Assembly (NCBI GenBank): GCA_031400935.1
Contig: JANNQV010000027.1
Span: 186,001 to 250,000, forward strand
Source: Armatimonadota bacterium
GTDB taxonomy: Bacteria; Armatimonadota; Fimbriimonadia; Fimbriimonadales; Fimbriimonadaceae
Direction: 5' to 3'
DNA: 64,000 nt
This document shows, piece by piece, positions 40,840 through 51,860 of the stretch. Made by a program: the position numbers and the translations under genes. A model generated the notes under the pieces. It was not told the origin of the DNA. It made no database searches and was given only the letters and a program-made list of their open reading frames with translations. Position 1 is the stretch's first letter, and every line of letters begins with the position of its first letter.

Positions 40840-41655
40840 CTAGTTGTCTATATGAAGTACCATTCCGTCATATCCTGGCTCCATTTGGTGCGGGGCAAAA
40901 GCAATTTCCAACTCGGCGTGCGTTAGGTCCCCTTCGTGGCTATGATGAGTTGTAATGACTCGGCAATCCTCAGAAAGTGTGCCCATCTTTCGCAAGCGCT
41001 CGACAACTGAAAGACATTCTTCTAGGTTCAGGTGTCCGAGATAACTCGAGCGATTTCGACCGTTCGTACACTCGATAACAAGGCACCTAATTCCACTTAC
41101 TTCCGAGAGAAAATCCCAAGTAATTTCAGGCCAAATGCCTGTATCGGTCGCATAGAGAACCTTTGCTTTTCCATCGTCAATCAAAATGTTGTGACAATCC
41201 TCACCAGCAGAATGATTCGCCTTGATCGGCGTGATTTGGTATCCAGCGTGCTGGTATGACTGAAAACTGACCGTTTGATGGAATTCAATCGGCCATTCAG
41301 GATAGTGAGTTCTCAAGAGGTCGCAAACAGTTTGGTTTGCGTGAATTGCAAATGAGGAAAACATTGCGTCGGAGAACGGAAACAGAGAATATTGCAGTTC
41401 CTTGACGCTGAAATGGTCGGCGTCCGCATGAGTAAAGAGAATTGCCGACCAGTCTTTTGCATGAAGATCGAATGCCTCAATTTGATTATAAGTATCGGGT
41501 CCAAAGTCAATTTTGAGATGGCCATCAACCAGGGCTGCGCTTCTCATGCGAACATCCTTACCGCGATGCTTCCGAGCATAATCTGTGACACGGCTTTCCG
41601 CGAAAAACGCAGGGATTCCATCTGATGCTCCAGTTCCTAAGATTTGAATTTCCAT
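40840..41655 (-). CDS. MBL-fold metallohydrolase (PhnP-like)
   Basis: ILGTGASDGIP, THADADH, YATDT, HHSH. Confidence 0.85.
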   Translation of the reverse strand: MEIQILGTGASDGIPAFFAESRVTDYARKHRGKDVRMRSAALVDGHLKIDFGPDTYNQIEAFDLHAKDWSAILFTHADADHFSVKELQYSLFPFSDAMFSSFAIHANQTVCDLLRTHYPEWPIEFHQTVSFQSYQHAGYQITPIKANHSAGEDCHNILIDDGKAKVLYATDTGIWPEITWDFLSEVSGIRCLVIECTNGRNRSSYLGHLNLEECLSVVERLRKMGTLSEDCRVITTHHSHEGDLTHAELEIAFAPHQMEPGYDGMVLHIDN

Positions 41656-41658
41656 GAG

Positions 41659-42939
41659 CTATTCAAAATCGCTTAGAGACCAGACAACGAGTCCGCTGAG
41701 TAGTTTCGGATAATAATATGTGCTCTTTTGGGGCATCTTTTCCTTTCCAAGTGCAATGACACGCATATCTTCGACAGAAGGCGGGTTCATCAAGAAAGCG
41801 GCATCGTTACCTGAACGAACAGATTGAATCGCTTCGTCTGCATCACGAGTGTAACGAAAAAATTCTAGTCCTGAGAGTCCCAAAAGCCGTTCAAAAATTA
41901 TTTTGTGAAGAATGGTCACGTCGAGCAGCTTCCATCGTTCACTTTCGACTCCTTCCATCCATTTCAAAACATCCTGAGGTCGGTCAAGTATACAGAACAG
42001 TCCCATTCCGCTTGGCAAAGCAATGCCAAATGCCCTCGTGTCTGGGCGGTTTGCAGTTTCTAACTCCTGCCAAAGAGTGCCGTTCGGAACTTTTCGCACA
42101 TTGAACATCCGTTGCATGACGTTGTCAAGCTCGCCTTCAGAAACTGGCATTTTGTCAACAATTCGATGGGTTGGAAGAATGACCAAGCCAGGATCGGACA
42201 TGCTGCTCAGAGCCATCATCATGAAGTCTTCGGGAATAATCCCGTCCTTTTCTCCTTGCTGCTCCCTAAACGTTACAGCAGTTTCATAACGATGGTGCCC
42301 GTCGGCGATCCAAACTTTTCGATCTGCAATCGCTTCGATGATGGCCGCAAGCACTTCTGGGTCATCAATCACTTCGAGACGGTTTAGAACTCCGTCTTCA
42401 GTCGTGATCTCATTGCTTTCAGAAACGGGAGCATCCGAAATCAAGTCGTGAATGGAGCGAGATGGATCCTCGAAAAGGCCGTAAATGCATTCGAGATGAG
42501 ATCGAGTAGCTTCCAAAATCCTCAGCCGGTCTTCTTTGTGTTTTGGAAATGTCTGTTCGTGCGGCAGCACAACCCCATTTTCGTAAGGCTCGACCTTTAG
42601 CAGAACCATCAGTTTTGTTCGCGTTAGTGGAGCCGGTGTTCCGGGCAAATGAAACGTCTGGGTGTATCGGTAGAGGGACGGCTTTTCTTCTAGTCTGAGA
42701 ACGCCATTTCTTCGCCATTCAGCTAGTTGAGCGGAACTCCTTGCGTACTTTACAAATTTCGACCGGTCGTCATCTTCTCCCCTTGGCAATGTGAGGTGGA
42801 CGATGTTGTTTGGACTTTGGTTTGCCAATAGTTCTCGGCCGTCGGGAGAGATTACGTCGTACGGCGGAGCCACTACTTGGGACAGTTTTCCCGCCTCAGG
42901 TGAAAAACGCAGGCCGCGAAACGCGCGAATGGTCGCCAT
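41659..42939 (-). CDS. DUF1015 family protein
   Basis: APPYDVIS, PHEQT, IADGHHRYETA, MPQKSTYYYPK. Confidence 0.92.
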   Translation of the reverse strand: MATIRAFRGLRFSPEAGKLSQVVAPPYDVISPDGRELLANQSPNNIVHLTLPRGEDDDRSKFVKYARSSAQLAEWRRNGVLRLEEKPSLYRYTQTFHLPGTPAPLTRTKLMVLLKVEPYENGVVLPHEQTFPKHKEDRLRILEATRSHLECIYGLFEDPSRSIHDLISDAPVSESNEITTEDGVLNRLEVIDDPEVLAAIIEAIADRKVWIADGHHRYETAVTFREQQGEKDGIIPEDFMMMALSSMSDPGLVILPTHRIVDKMPVSEGELDNVMQRMFNVRKVPNGTLWQELETANRPDTRAFGIALPSGMGLFCILDRPQDVLKWMEGVESERWKLLDVTILHKIIFERLLGLSGLEFFRYTRDADEAIQSVRSGNDAAFLMNPPSVEDMRVIALGKEKMPQKSTYYYPKLLSGLVVWSLSDFE

Positions 42940-42993
42940 ATGAGCGCATAGTCTACCAATCCAACGAGTATGCGGATCGGTAAACTCGCCTAT

Positions 42994-43872
42994 GTGAACG
43001 CCGAAACCCTACTAAAGACCTATCAAAAGTTGGTTGATCGGCGATTGGACGAACTCCTCCCCCCAATTTCGGTTCGTCCAGCGAGGCTTCACGAAGCCAT
43101 GCGCTATAGCTGTTTGGCATCCGGCAAGCGCATCCGGCCAGCTCTTTGCCTTGCTTCATGCGAAGCTTCGGGTGGGTCGCCGGTTGCCGCCTTAGACTTA
43201 GCTGCTGCGCTTGAGATGATCCATGTTTTTTCGTTGATCCATGACGATCTGCCTGCGATTGACGATGACGATTTGAGAAGGGGCAATGCGACATGCCACA
43301 AGAAATTTGGAGAGGCAATCGCAATATTGGCGGGCGATGCTCTTTTTGCTTTGGGATTTGAGACGATCGCGAATTCATATCTAGGTGCAGAGGAAAAGTG
43401 TATGTGCTTGCGAATCGTCGCTGAGGCATCAGGTTCAAATGGATTGGTGGGCGGAGAAGTTGTGGATGTTGAGTCGGAAAGACTTCCAATTGACGCGGAG
43501 ACATTGGAGTGGATTCATTCTCGAAAGACAGGTGCCTTGATTGCGGCAAGCTGCGTAATCGGAGGAATTGCTGGAGGAGCGAGCGAAAGCCAAATTGCGT
43601 GCCTGAACAGATTTGGTCAGTTGATTGGAACTGCTTTTCAGATCACAGATGACGTACTCAATGAAACCGGCGATGCTGCTGCGTTAGGGAAGTCAGTGGG
43701 AAGCGACCAAATGCGCGAAAAGGCGACGTATCCCCGTTTGTTTGGGCTTGAGGAGTCGAAGCAGGCTGCAATTCGTATGACAGAGTTGGCGGAAGCTGAG
43801 TTGAATTCAGAGTTTGAAAATGCAAGTGCCTTGTTGACACTTGCCAGGTATTCCATTGAAAGGATATATTGA
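42994..43872 (+). CDS. ispA: Farnesyl/geranylgeranyl diphosphate synthase
   Basis: GKRIRP, HDDLPAIDDDDLRRG, KTGAL, FQITDD; GTG start 7 nt after TAAACT. Confidence 0.9.
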   Translation: MNAETLLKTYQKLVDRRLDELLPPISVRPARLHEAMRYSCLASGKRIRPALCLASCEASGGSPVAALDLAAALEMIHVFSLIHDDLPAIDDDDLRRGNATCHKKFGEAIAILAGDALFALGFETIANSYLGAEEKCMCLRIVAEASGSNGLVGGEVVDVESERLPIDAETLEWIHSRKTGALIAASCVIGGIAGGASESQIACLNRFGQLIGTAFQITDDVLNETGDAAALGKSVGSDQMREKATYPRLFGLEESKQAAIRMTELAEAELNSEFENASALLTLARYSIERIY

Positions 43873-43900
43873 CGGCCCCTGAGCGTCGTAAAATGTGAAT

Positions 43901-44779
43901 ATGAAAACGATTCTAGTTTTTGCGGCAGCTTTGTTCATCGTTGGATGTGTCGGCACGTCTTCCACAACATCTGTTCCTACAATGGGCGAAACCGTTGTAA
44001 AGACGAAAGTTTCCAGCGAACTTCTAGGAAAGTGGAACGGAAAAGTGAACAAGAAGCCTGTTGACAAGGCCGACCCAGGAGCCAAAATGGGCGATGCGCT
44101 TGCTGAGATGTTCACTGAAGGATTGACACTCGAATTTCCTGATGACTCTCATTTCAAACTGACTTTGATGTTCATTCCAATGGAAGGATCGGTTGAGCGA
44201 GATGGTAAGAATTTGACTCTGAAGGCGACCAAAATTGGTGGGATGACGGAAGCGCAAGCTAAGGAGCTAAAGCAGCCAGGTGCGAAGGGACCAGAATTCA
44301 GCGAACCAATGACGGCAACGGTTAGCGAAGACGGGAAATCAATCTTGCTGTTCGGGACGAAAGATGCAACCGAATCTGTGGTGTTTACTCGAGATTCCGT
44401 TGCACCCAAACCTGTAACCCCAAGCGTTCGCAGCGAGGAATCAAGTTATGTCGGGAATTGGGTTGCCGACATCTCAACTGTAGAAATGTCAAGCCTCACT
44501 GCAGAGCAGAAAAAGGATTGGCCTATGACAAAAGGAATTCTTGAAAGTTCGACCATCGAACTTAAGGCCGACAACACATTCATTTTTTCGATTCTGATTG
44601 AAATAAATGGCAATTGGAAAATGGAAGGTACGCGAATCAAATTGTCCCCAAAAGAATTAACAGGAATGGAAGGTGCAAGCGCTAAGAGCGATCCTATCTG
44701 GCTCACGCCAAAGGGCGATCTGTTGATGATTGAATCTGACAACGGCAAAGGACCCAAATTGAGTTATCGCAGAAAGTAA
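43901..44779 (+). CDS. Hypothetical lipoprotein with two lipocalin-like repeats
   Basis: VGC lipobox; LLGKW..TLEFPDDSHF and YVGNW..TIELKADNTF. Confidence 0.65.
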   Translation: MKTILVFAAALFIVGCVGTSSTTSVPTMGETVVKTKVSSELLGKWNGKVNKKPVDKADPGAKMGDALAEMFTEGLTLEFPDDSHFKLTLMFIPMEGSVERDGKNLTLKATKIGGMTEAQAKELKQPGAKGPEFSEPMTATVSEDGKSILLFGTKDATESVVFTRDSVAPKPVTPSVRSEESSYVGNWVADISTVEMSSLTAEQKKDWPMTKGILESSTIELKADNTFIFSILIEINGNWKMEGTRIKLSPKELTGMEGASAKSDPIWLTPKGDLLMIESDNGKGPKLSYRRK

Positions 44780-44782
44780 CGA

Positions 44783-45388
44783 TTAACCAATCTCATTCAT
44801 TTTCTGAGAAATACTGCTCCAGCATTCTTCGACAACGCTGTCAAGTGATTGTGTTGCGTCAATGACTCTCCATCTCGAGGGGTCGCTTTGAGCTTCATAC
44901 AGGAAACCCTTTTGCACTGAGTGATGAAAATCAATTGATTCTTGGTCAAGGCGATTTGAATCGGTGACTCGAGAAAGGCCGACTTCTGGTGGCAGATCAA
45001 GCAGAAGGGTGAGATCGGGAACGAGATTTTCTGTCGCGATGGAATTGAGTTCGCGAAGGGTTTCGGTGTCAAGTCCCCGGGCTACTCCCTGATACACGAC
45101 AGTTGAATCTCCAAATCGGTCGCAAAGAACAATTCTTCGTTCAGAAAGTGCGGGTCGAATGATGGTTGCGACATGGTTTGCACGGTCTGCCAAGAATAAG
45201 AAGAGTTCGCTCAATGCAGGCATTTCGTCGCCTTCGAGGAGAATTTTACGAATGGCAGCCCCCAGGTTTCCAGCACCGGGCTCTCTTGTGCATAGGACGT
45301 CATGCCCTTCCTCTTCGAGTCTGAAGGCAAGCTTCTCGATAACGGTGCTTTTTCCGGCCCCTTCGGGTCCTTCGAACGTGACAAACAC
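44783..45388 (-). CDS. tmk: Thymidylate kinase
   Basis: FEGPEGAGKST, REPG, LCDRF, PDLTLLLD; GTG 45388 lies 6 nt after TATGCT. Confidence 0.95.
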   Translation of the reverse strand: MFVTFEGPEGAGKSTVIEKLAFRLEEEGHDVLCTREPGAGNLGAAIRKILLEGDEMPALSELFLFLADRANHVATIIRPALSERRIVLCDRFGDSTVVYQGVARGLDTETLRELNSIATENLVPDLTLLLDLPPEVGLSRVTDSNRLDQESIDFHHSVQKGFLYEAQSDPSRWRVIDATQSLDSVVEECWSSISQKMNEIG

Positions 45389-45416
45389 GTAAAGAGCATA
45401 CCGTTCTAATGCCATG

Positions 45417-45509
45417 TGGCTCGTCCGTCTCGGACGAGATGGTTCTTGCAAATTACTGAGGTTTTGGGCGGGACGTCGATGACACTCTCGCCAGGGACGG
45501 ACGAGCCAC
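45417..45509. repeat. Inverted-repeat element GTGGCTCGTCCGTC...GACGGACGAGCCAC
   Basis: 14-bp perfect terminal inverted repeat between divergent tmk and pepF. Confidence 0.75.
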
Positions 45510-45566
45510 GTGAATCAAGCGGAATCTGAGAAATGGAGATCAGCATCGGAAGCCATAATGAACGTC

Positions 45567-47384
45567 ATGAGTTCTGCTTTACAAATTTCGACTCCAAACG
45601 TCCGCTGGGATTTGACGACACTGTACAAGGGACTAGGTGACCCTGAAATTGAGGCAACTTGGAAACGAGTCAACGATTCTGCAGACAAATTTGCACAATT
45701 GTATCGAGGCAAGATTGAAGACCTAAGCCTTCAAGTCGAAACATTGTTGGGAGCACTTGTTGCAATTGAAGAAATCAGTAACGAGGTTGCCAAGCCTTAC
45801 AACTATGCCGAACTCACTTTTGCTGGGGATACGAGCAACCCTGCCAACGGAGCATTTTTGCAAAAGCAAATGGAACGGGGGACGGAGCTTAGCGTAAAGC
45901 TCATATTTTTCGAACTAGAGCTTCAAGTTGCGAGGGCGGAAGTCATCTCAAAACTTATGTCCGATGAACGCTTGGCAAAGTTTCGGCATTACGTCGGGGT
46001 TATTCGCGCGCTAAGCGAGCATCGGCTCAGCGAACCAGAAGAGATCATTCTTGAAGAAACAGCGAATACAGGTTGCAGGGCATGGGTGCGTTTGCACGAC
46101 GAAGTGACAAGCAATCATGTCTTTCGCTTTCGAAACCCCGCGACTGAATTGATTGAGGAAAAATCGCTTGAAGAAACGACAAATTTGCTTAGAAGCCCAG
46201 ACAGAATCGTTCGACAGGCCGGTGCGGATGCGCTTACTGCTGGCCTATTGGAGATCCAGCGTGTTCTCGTTTTTACTTACAACAACTTGCTCCAAGACAA
46301 AAAAGTTGGGGACAGGCTCCGCAAACACACTTACCCCGAACATTCGCGACATTTGAGCAATGAGCTAGAAAAGGAGACAGTTGATCTGGTCATCCGAATG
46401 TGCCGTGAGAATTATCCAATAGTCGCTCGCTTTTATAAGGTTAAGAGAGAGATTCTTGGCTTGCCAGAACTGACGCACATTGACAGGTACGCGCCACTTT
46501 TTGAAACCGACGAGGCCGTTGATTGGGATCGAGGGAAGGACATCGTATTGAATTCATTTGGCTCAATGAGCCAAACAATGCGAGTTCGAGCCGAAGAGTT
46601 CTTTGACAATGGCTGGATTGACGCCGAAGTTCGCAAAGGCAAAACCGGCGGAGCATTCTGCATGTATGTCACGCCAGATACGCATCCGTTTGTCCTAATG
46701 AGCTACATGAACAAAATGGACGATGTTATGACGCTTGCCCATGAATTGGGCCATGGCGTGCATGCCTCTTTGAGTCGGGACCAGTCTTACCTGAATTTTC
46801 ACGGAACTTTGCCTTTAGCCGAACTCGCTTCAACTTTTGGAGAGATGCTGGTTTTTGAAAATCTCGTCTCTCAAGCTTCGCCAAAGGACAAATTGGCGTT
46901 GATTGCCGAGAAAATCGAGGCGATGTTTGCGACTGTTTTCCGACAAGCTGCGATGTTTCAATTCGAGCAAGCTTGCCATGAAAAACGGAGAGCGGAGGGC
47001 GAATTGGCACCGGAAGAGTTTGGCGATCTGTGGCACGAGAAGCTCCAAGAAATGTTTGGAGACGCAGTTTCACTTGGCGAACAGCATCGGCACTGGTGGG
47101 GCTACATCGGCCACTTCTTTTTTGCTCCGTTTTATGTATATGCCTATTCCTTTGGAGAGCTACTTGCTATGTCGCTGTATCAAATGGCAAAGCAGGGCGG
47201 AGCTGAATTTGAGCGCAAGTACATTGATATGCTCAAGCTTGGGGGTTCAAGAACGCCGCAAGAGCTTATGGAAGCTGTAGGTGTTGACTTGAACAGCGAA
47301 GAGTTTTGGCAAGGCGGATTTCGAGCAATGGAATCGTTGGTGACTGAATTTGAGCGGCAATGGGCGGAGTTCGACAAGGCCTAA
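45567..47384 (+). CDS. pepF: M3B oligoendopeptidase F
   Basis: WDL, GGAFC, HELGH, LAELAS, PFYVYAY. Confidence 0.9.
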   Translation: MSSALQISTPNVRWDLTTLYKGLGDPEIEATWKRVNDSADKFAQLYRGKIEDLSLQVETLLGALVAIEEISNEVAKPYNYAELTFAGDTSNPANGAFLQKQMERGTELSVKLIFFELELQVARAEVISKLMSDERLAKFRHYVGVIRALSEHRLSEPEEIILEETANTGCRAWVRLHDEVTSNHVFRFRNPATELIEEKSLEETTNLLRSPDRIVRQAGADALTAGLLEIQRVLVFTYNNLLQDKKVGDRLRKHTYPEHSRHLSNELEKETVDLVIRMCRENYPIVARFYKVKREILGLPELTHIDRYAPLFETDEAVDWDRGKDIVLNSFGSMSQTMRVRAEEFFDNGWIDAEVRKGKTGGAFCMYVTPDTHPFVLMSYMNKMDDVMTLAHELGHGVHASLSRDQSYLNFHGTLPLAELASTFGEMLVFENLVSQASPKDKLALIAEKIEAMFATVFRQAAMFQFEQACHEKRRAEGELAPEEFGDLWHEKLQEMFGDAVSLGEQHRHWWGYIGHFFFAPFYVYAYSFGELLAMSLYQMAKQGGAEFERKYIDMLKLGGSRTPQELMEAVGVDLNSEEFWQGGFRAMESLVTEFERQWAEFDKA

Positions 47385-47507
47385 TCCTGATTGAGCACAA
47401 ACACTCAAGCAGATTGTCAAGTTTTTGATGTCGCAAGCCTAAAGATGGAACCGTAATCTCCGATAACCAAACTGATAGCCCGGTATAGGGCTGAAATTTG
47501 GTAGGGT

Positions 47508-48536
47508 ATGTCGGAAATACTGTCGCAGGCTGAAATCGAAGGGCTCTTGAATTCACTCAATTCGGGTGAACCGGAGCCTGGACCTATTATGCAAGATCCG
47601 CAAAAGGAACAAGTTGGGGCGACCGGGGGTTCGTTTGTTCGCAAAAAGAGCACGAAGTCGGCGGTTTCCTTCGAAGTTTATGACTTTCGAAGGCCAGACA
47701 AATTTAGCAAGGATCAGCTCCGAACTTTGCAAATGCTCCATGAAACATTTGCCCGGCTCTCTGCATCGAGCCTATCTGCCTATTTACGTACGCCGGTTTC
47801 CATTGATCTGATTTCACTTGAACAAGTCCCTTACGAAGAGTACCTGCGGACGATCAACCAATCCGTTTTCACGGTCATGTCGCTTCCGCCATTGACGGGC
47901 CAAGCCGTCCTAGAAGTTGAGTTCTCGCTCATATTTTCGATCATTGATCGAATGTTGGGAGGTTCGGGACAATCGTTCAATCGAAACTCTCTGACTGACA
48001 TTGAACGACCATTGATTCGACAAGTAATCGAACGTGTGTTTGCGGGTCTTAAGAGTGCTTGGGAAGGTGTTGTCATTGTCAATCCTGGAATTGAGGGCAT
48101 TGAAACCAGTGCACAATTTGTACAGATTGCTCCTCCATCTGATGTCGTTGTAACAATTTTGTTCGAAGTCAAAGTAGGTAACCAACGTGGTGCAATGAGT
48201 CTTTGTATTCCTTACTTAGTCCTCAAACCAATTACTGCAAAACTAAGTGCCCAAAAGTGGTTTGCAGCTGGTAACAAACGCCAAACAAACCAGGCTCGAA
48301 AACTGCTGACTTATCAAATCAACCATACAGTGGTTGATTGTTCAGTCGAATTAGGCAACGCAACAATGCTGTTAAAGGATTTCATTCGGCTTCGAAAAGG
48401 CGATATGCTCCGGCTTGATAAAAAGTCGGACGACGAATTGACACTTAAAGTTGGCGGAATGCCGAAGTACATTGGCAAGCTAGCAAAGAACGGTAAGAAT
48501 CTCATTTTGAACGTAACGAGTCCCTGGGAAGAATAA
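47508..48536 (+). CDS. fliM: Flagellar motor switch protein FliM
   Basis: [23 protein letters not shown]. Confidence 0.97.
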   Translation: MSEILSQAEIEGLLNSLNSGEPEPGPIMQDPQKEQVGATGGSFVRKKSTKSAVSFEVYDFRRPDKFSKDQLRTLQMLHETFARLSASSLSAYLRTPVSIDLISLEQVPYEEYLRTINQSVFTVMSLPPLTGQAVLEVEFSLIFSIIDRMLGGSGQSFNRNSLTDIERPLIRQVIERVFAGLKSAWEGVVIVNPGIEGIETSAQFVQIAPPSDVVVTILFEVKVGNQRGAMSLCIPYLVLKPITAKLSAQKWFAAGNKRQTNQARKLLTYQINHTVVDCSVELGNATMLLKDFIRLRKGDMLRLDKKSDDELTLKVGGMPKYIGKLAKNGKNLILNVTSPWEE

Positions 48537-48547
48537 GGAAAGTCCTC

Positions 48548-49474
48548 ATGTCAGTAATTAATTCAGAAATCATCAGTCGCATGTCCACTCTGCAGGATCA
48601 AATCTGGCAGAGCGTTTCGAAAATTGTAAGCGGAACCAGCAACTCTCCGATCACATTTGGGTCTGCACTTACGGTTTCGGCCAAGACATCTGACTTGGTT
48701 GTTGACATTGGATCTGCAATGATTGTGATCCAATTTGCATTTGCAAACCAGCCGGAAGTTGCGCAAGTCGTATTGATTCCCGCCGATTCATTCTTGCCAC
48801 TAGTCTCGGCGATACGTGGCGATTTGATCGAAGAAATTGACGAAAACTTGGTTTCCGAAGTTCGGCCCCAACTTGAGGGGATTGTGCAGGGAATTTGCAT
48901 GTCAGTTGGAACCATCACCAACGAGGCGATTGTTGCAAGCGGATTAACTATTCGGCACCAAGTTTTCAGTTTCCCACCAAATCTCCAACGGCAAGAAGAG
49001 CTTATCCGAACCCAAATCGCTCTTTCAGGCGACGAGCTAAACGGAAACGCCGTGTGGCTCATGGAGGTTGAGACTGCAAGTTTGATTTTGGGAACAAAGG
49101 GTGAGAATGAGGAGAATGAAGATGACTCTACACCTTTCTTACAAGTTTCATCTTTGAGTAACTCGTCTCCCAACCAGGTGTCTCCAAATAATCCTTACGA
49201 AGACGCAAACGCCCTTGAATTACTTCTTGATATTCCAATGGAAATCTGCGTTGAATTGGGCAGGCTCAAGATGATGATCAAAGATGTGGTTGAACTTGGA
49301 ACAGGGTCCATTGTAGAAATAGACAAAGCTGCAGGCGAACCAGTTGATTTGATGGTAAACGGCAGACTAGTAGCAAAGGGCGAAGTTGTTGTTATCGAAG
49401 ACAACTTTGGGGTTCGGATCACTGAGATACTTACGCCACATGAAAGACTTGTCAAATTAGGTGAGGTAGCCTGA
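48548..49474 (+). CDS. fliN: Flagellar switch protein FliN/FliY
   Basis: C-terminal SpoA domain LLDIP..VELG..AKGEVVV..NFGVRIT, with a ~220 aa N-terminal extension. Confidence 0.85.
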   Translation: MSVINSEIISRMSTLQDQIWQSVSKIVSGTSNSPITFGSALTVSAKTSDLVVDIGSAMIVIQFAFANQPEVAQVVLIPADSFLPLVSAIRGDLIEEIDENLVSEVRPQLEGIVQGICMSVGTITNEAIVASGLTIRHQVFSFPPNLQRQEELIRTQIALSGDELNGNAVWLMEVETASLILGTKGENEENEDDSTPFLQVSSLSNSSPNQVSPNNPYEDANALELLLDIPMEICVELGRLKMMIKDVVELGTGSIVEIDKAAGEPVDLMVNGRLVAKGEVVVIEDNFGVRITEILTPHERLVKLGEVA

Positions 49475-50046
49475 TGATTAAACGTCTAAGTATTGTAATT
49501 TTCGTGGCATGTTGTTCGATCGCAATTGCTGGAACTGATCCACTTGGAACAAAGGCGGACATTCTCACAACTTCTACAAGTTCACCTGCAACCGGAAATT
49601 CTGTTTGGAGCATTTTGCAGACGGTGCTTGTTCTTGGCGTTGTACTCTTCGTCCTCAAAGTATTTGGTCCAAAGTTGATTGCAAAGTTTTCCAGAAAGTT
49701 AGTTATCCATACGACCGGGCTGATCAAAGTTGAAGAATCGGCAACCTTTGCAGGTGGTTCGTTATACGTCGTTGAAGCTCGGGGGAAATCGCTCTTGCTT
49801 TGCGTTGGCGCGAACGGTGTCACGTGCCTTAGCGAATTGCAATCCAATACGAAAACTGATGCTCAGCCCCTATTCATGGAAATGATTGACCAGGAAATTG
49901 AAGCTCAGGTTGCAAAGCCTCGCCCAGTCCATGCTGCGGTTTACCTAGAAGAAACCGAAGAGCCTGTTGTGCCAATTGTTACGAATTCTTTGTTGCGAAA
50001 TCCTGAAATTCAGCGACTACGCAAACGACAAACCACTCCTGTTTAG
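49474..50046 (+). CDS. fliO: Flagellar biosynthesis protein FliO
   Basis: TM helix plus LYVVEARGKSLLLCVG; position between fliN and fliP. Confidence 0.75.
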   Translation: MIKRLSIVIFVACCSIAIAGTDPLGTKADILTTSTSSPATGNSVWSILQTVLVLGVVLFVLKVFGPKLIAKFSRKLVIHTTGLIKVEESATFAGGSLYVVEARGKSLLLCVGANGVTCLSELQSNTKTDAQPLFMEMIDQEIEAQVAKPRPVHAAVYLEETEEPVVPIVTNSLLRNPEIQRLRKRQTTPV

Positions 50047-50049
50047 GCT

Positions 50050-50820
50050 ATGAATATGGCATCTCTGAGGTTTACACCTGTGTTGCGAATGTTGCTGGTA
50101 ATTCTGCTGGCGCTAGCTGCAGGGATGGCATTTGCGCAGTCAACCGCGATTTTGCCAAGCATGAAGCTCGAAGTCGGCAAGTCTGGCGGACAGGACGACA
50201 TTTCGTCATCGCTACAAATTCTCGCGCTGCTGACGATTCTCTCGGTTGCACCTGCAATTCTCATCTTAACAACAGCGTTTTCGCGCATTGTCATCATTTT
50301 TAGCTTTCTTCGCCAAGCCTTAGGAACACCTTCGATTCCGCCAAACCAAGTCGTCATCGGCCTTAGTTTGTTCCTCACCTTTTTTGTGATGGGGCCTACA
50401 TACAAGCAAATCAACGAAAATGCCCTTCAACCCTACATGAAGAAGGAAATCAAGTTCGATGAGGCACTCGCGCAGGCTGAGAAGCCCATCCGTTCTTTCA
50501 TGATCAAGAACACGTACAGCAAAGACCTGCGAATGTTCTTGGACATTCAGCAGGAAAAAACTGTAACTCGCGAAACTGTGCCTCTTGTAGCATTGATACC
50601 AGCTTTTATCATTAGCGAACTCAAAACAGCATTTATAATTGGCTTCTATATCTTTATTCCGTTCTTGATTATTGATCTGATCGTGGCAAGCGGACTAATG
50701 AGCATGGGCATGATGATGCTTCCGCCGACTGTCGTTTCACTGCCTGTCAAGCTTCTTGTGTTTGTTCTTGCTGACGGATGGGCGACGCTTGTTTCAGCTA
50801 TTTTGCAGGGGTACCGATAG
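50050..50820 (+). CDS. fliP: Flagellar export protein FliP
   Basis: PPNQV, PAFIISELKTAF, MGMMMLPP, DGW. Confidence 0.97.
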   Translation: MNMASLRFTPVLRMLLVILLALAAGMAFAQSTAILPSMKLEVGKSGGQDDISSSLQILALLTILSVAPAILILTTAFSRIVIIFSFLRQALGTPSIPPNQVVIGLSLFLTFFVMGPTYKQINENALQPYMKKEIKFDEALAQAEKPIRSFMIKNTYSKDLRMFLDIQQEKTVTRETVPLVALIPAFIISELKTAFIIGFYIFIPFLIIDLIVASGLMSMGMMMLPPTVVSLPVKLLVFVLADGWATLVSAILQGYR

Positions 50821-50823
50821 CAA

Positions 50824-51090
50824 ATGGATACTTCCTCCGCCCTAGATGTCGCTCAGCAAGGCATCCAAGTTGCCCTAATGGTCAGCATGCCTGGGCTCGC
50901 GCTAACACTTTTTTTGGGACTTGCCGTTTCCGTTTTTCAAGCAGTAACTCAAGTTCAGGAAATGACCTTGACCTACGTTCCTAAAGTGCTTGGCATGGCG
51001 ATTTTGCTTACTCTCATGGGCAACTGGATGCTCCAAAAACTGGTGGCGTACACTACGTTTTGTTTGGAACAGGCTTCGAGGGTGGGTTAA
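50824..51090 (+). CDS. fliQ: Flagellar export protein FliQ
   Basis: FQAVTQVQEMTLTYVPK. Confidence 0.97.
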   Translation: MDTSSALDVAQQGIQVALMVSMPGLALTLFLGLAVSVFQAVTQVQEMTLTYVPKVLGMAILLTLMGNWMLQKLVAYTTFCLEQASRVG

Positions 51091-51857
51091 TGCCGCTTGA
51101 TGCCGACCTCATTTTTGGGTTCTTCTTGGTGTTTGTCCGGGCGTCAGCGATGCTCATTAGCTCGCCTGTTTTCGGAGCACAGCATACGCCCGCCAACATT
51201 CGCGTAATGACAACACTCTCCATTGCCGCAGCGCTCACTTTGGCGCTCAAGCCGCATTTGCCATCCGCGCCTCAAGACCTAATAACTTTTGTCGGGGCGA
51301 TTGCAAATGAAGCCGTTGCAGGACTCCTGTTAGGAACCTTTGTCAGCTTTGTGTTTCTGGCGATTCAGATGGCAGGTTCGTTCCTCGATTTTCAAATCGG
51401 CCTGGGTTCAAGCCAGATCATGAACCCGATTACGGGTGTTCCGGTCACGATCGTCGCCCAAATGAAGTTCCTATTGGCCGTAGCGATCTTTTTGGCGATG
51501 AACGGACATCATGCGATGTTTCGGGCATTTGTACTATCGTACGATGCAATTCCCGCCATTTCGATAGCCTCTTTGGGGGCCTTGCAAGGCCATGTTGTCA
51601 CTATGATTGGGGCAATGAGCCTGTTGGCGCTGCAGATTTCTGCGCCCGTAGCTGCCGTAAGTATCATTATTGATGTCGGCCTGGGGCTGATAAACAAGGC
51701 CGTACCGCAAATGCCTGTGATGGTTGTGGGAATGCCTGCGAAGTTGATGGCTGGCATTTTGGGCCTTGGTGTCATTCTTCCCGCTTTGGTTTCTGGCGTT
51801 GATTCTGGTGTAAATCACGCACTTGATTCGCTCTGGAACGTTTGGAAGGCGGGTTAA
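51090..51857 (+). CDS. fliR: Flagellar export protein FliR
   Basis: AGSFLDFQIG, KAVPQM; TAATG overlap with fliQ. Confidence 0.95.
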   Translation: MPLDADLIFGFFLVFVRASAMLISSPVFGAQHTPANIRVMTTLSIAAALTLALKPHLPSAPQDLITFVGAIANEAVAGLLLGTFVSFVFLAIQMAGSFLDFQIGLGSSQIMNPITGVPVTIVAQMKFLLAVAIFLAMNGHHAMFRAFVLSYDAIPAISIASLGALQGHVVTMIGAMSLLALQISAPVAAVSIIIDVGLGLINKAVPQMPVMVVGMPAKLMAGILGLGVILPALVSGVDSGVNHALDSLWNVWKAG

Positions 51858-51860
51858 GCC

